A stretch of DNA of 14,956 nt from assembly GCA_040754455.1 (NCBI GenBank), contig JBFMCP010000054.1, positions 1-14,956 on the forward strand, read 5' to 3'. The notes under the pieces were generated by a model. It searched no databases and was not told the origin of the DNA. It saw nothing but the letters and a program-made list of their open reading frames with translations. This document shows positions 14,832 through 14,956 of the stretch, in pieces. How positions within the stretch are numbered: the stretch's first letter is position 1; each line of letters opens with the position of its first letter. Made by a program: the position numbers and the translations under genes. The DNA comes from Nitrospirota bacterium. GTDB taxonomy: Bacteria > Nitrospirota > Thermodesulfovibrionia > Thermodesulfovibrionales > Dissulfurispiraceae.

Positions 14832-14956
14832 TGTCAAGCCAATTTAGAAATGTCCTGTTTTTACCAAAATAGAAATGTCCGGTTTATGCCGCCGCCGTCT
14901 GCGGGGCTTTTCGCTTGTCGCGGTTGATGTTGAACTTCCGCCAAGGATGATCCTTA
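14832..14956 (-). mobile_element. Right end (IRR and transposase 3' end) of an IS1202/ISNCY-like insertion sequence
   Basis: TGTCAAGCCAATTTAGAAATGTCC...ACCAAAATAGAAATGTCC (14832-14880) has a TGT terminus and two TAGAAATGTCC repeats, matching the end at 78-125. Confidence 0.85.
14884..14956 (-). CDS. Transposase C-terminus (partial, ...KDHPWRKFNINRDKRKAPQTAAA*)
   Basis: Minus-strand frame with an HPWR motif, which I recognise from IS1202/ISNCY-type transposase C-termini. It stops 3 nt before the inner IR repeat. Confidence 0.75.
   Translation of the reverse strand, partial: KDHPWRKFNINRDKRKAPQTAAA

Noticed and set aside
1..14956. A circular element with one IS, or a composite transposon moved as a unit
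   Set aside because: The inner flanks share no target duplication and the cargo is core ribosomal and SRP genes in normal order. Two independent insertions is simpler.

Overview
Mostly housekeeping chromosome of a moderately GC-rich bacterium. Gene content and protein style suggest Nitrospirota or a deltaproteobacterium-like anaerobe (inference only). The minus strand carries trxA, a TlpA-like lipoprotein, ffh, rpsP, a KH protein, trmD, rplS, rnhB, a DtxR/FeoA regulator, a NUDIX-like protein, pyrF and a PabB/TrpE-family gene; rimM is missing from its usual position. A short plus-strand block encodes an NADH:rubredoxin-reductase-like flavoprotein, a small membrane protein and a DUF1992 protein. 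It converges on a VWA surface protein plus coiled-coil membrane protein pair. Next come tRNA-Ser(CGA) and an intact tyrosine integrase. Both window ends are ends of an IS1202/ISNCY-like insertion sequence that the ORF track misses: the left end with the transposase start at 1-125, and the right end with the transposase C-terminus at 14832-14956. The most unusual signal is that the integrase and its att-like sites lie on the 5' (upstream) side of the tRNA, apparently supplying its -10 box. The small gene upstream of the integrase appears to be cut by the IS. I see no clear evidence of a wholly new multi-gene system. The best leads are the 5'-side tRNA element, the IS end architecture and the VWA/coiled-coil pair.
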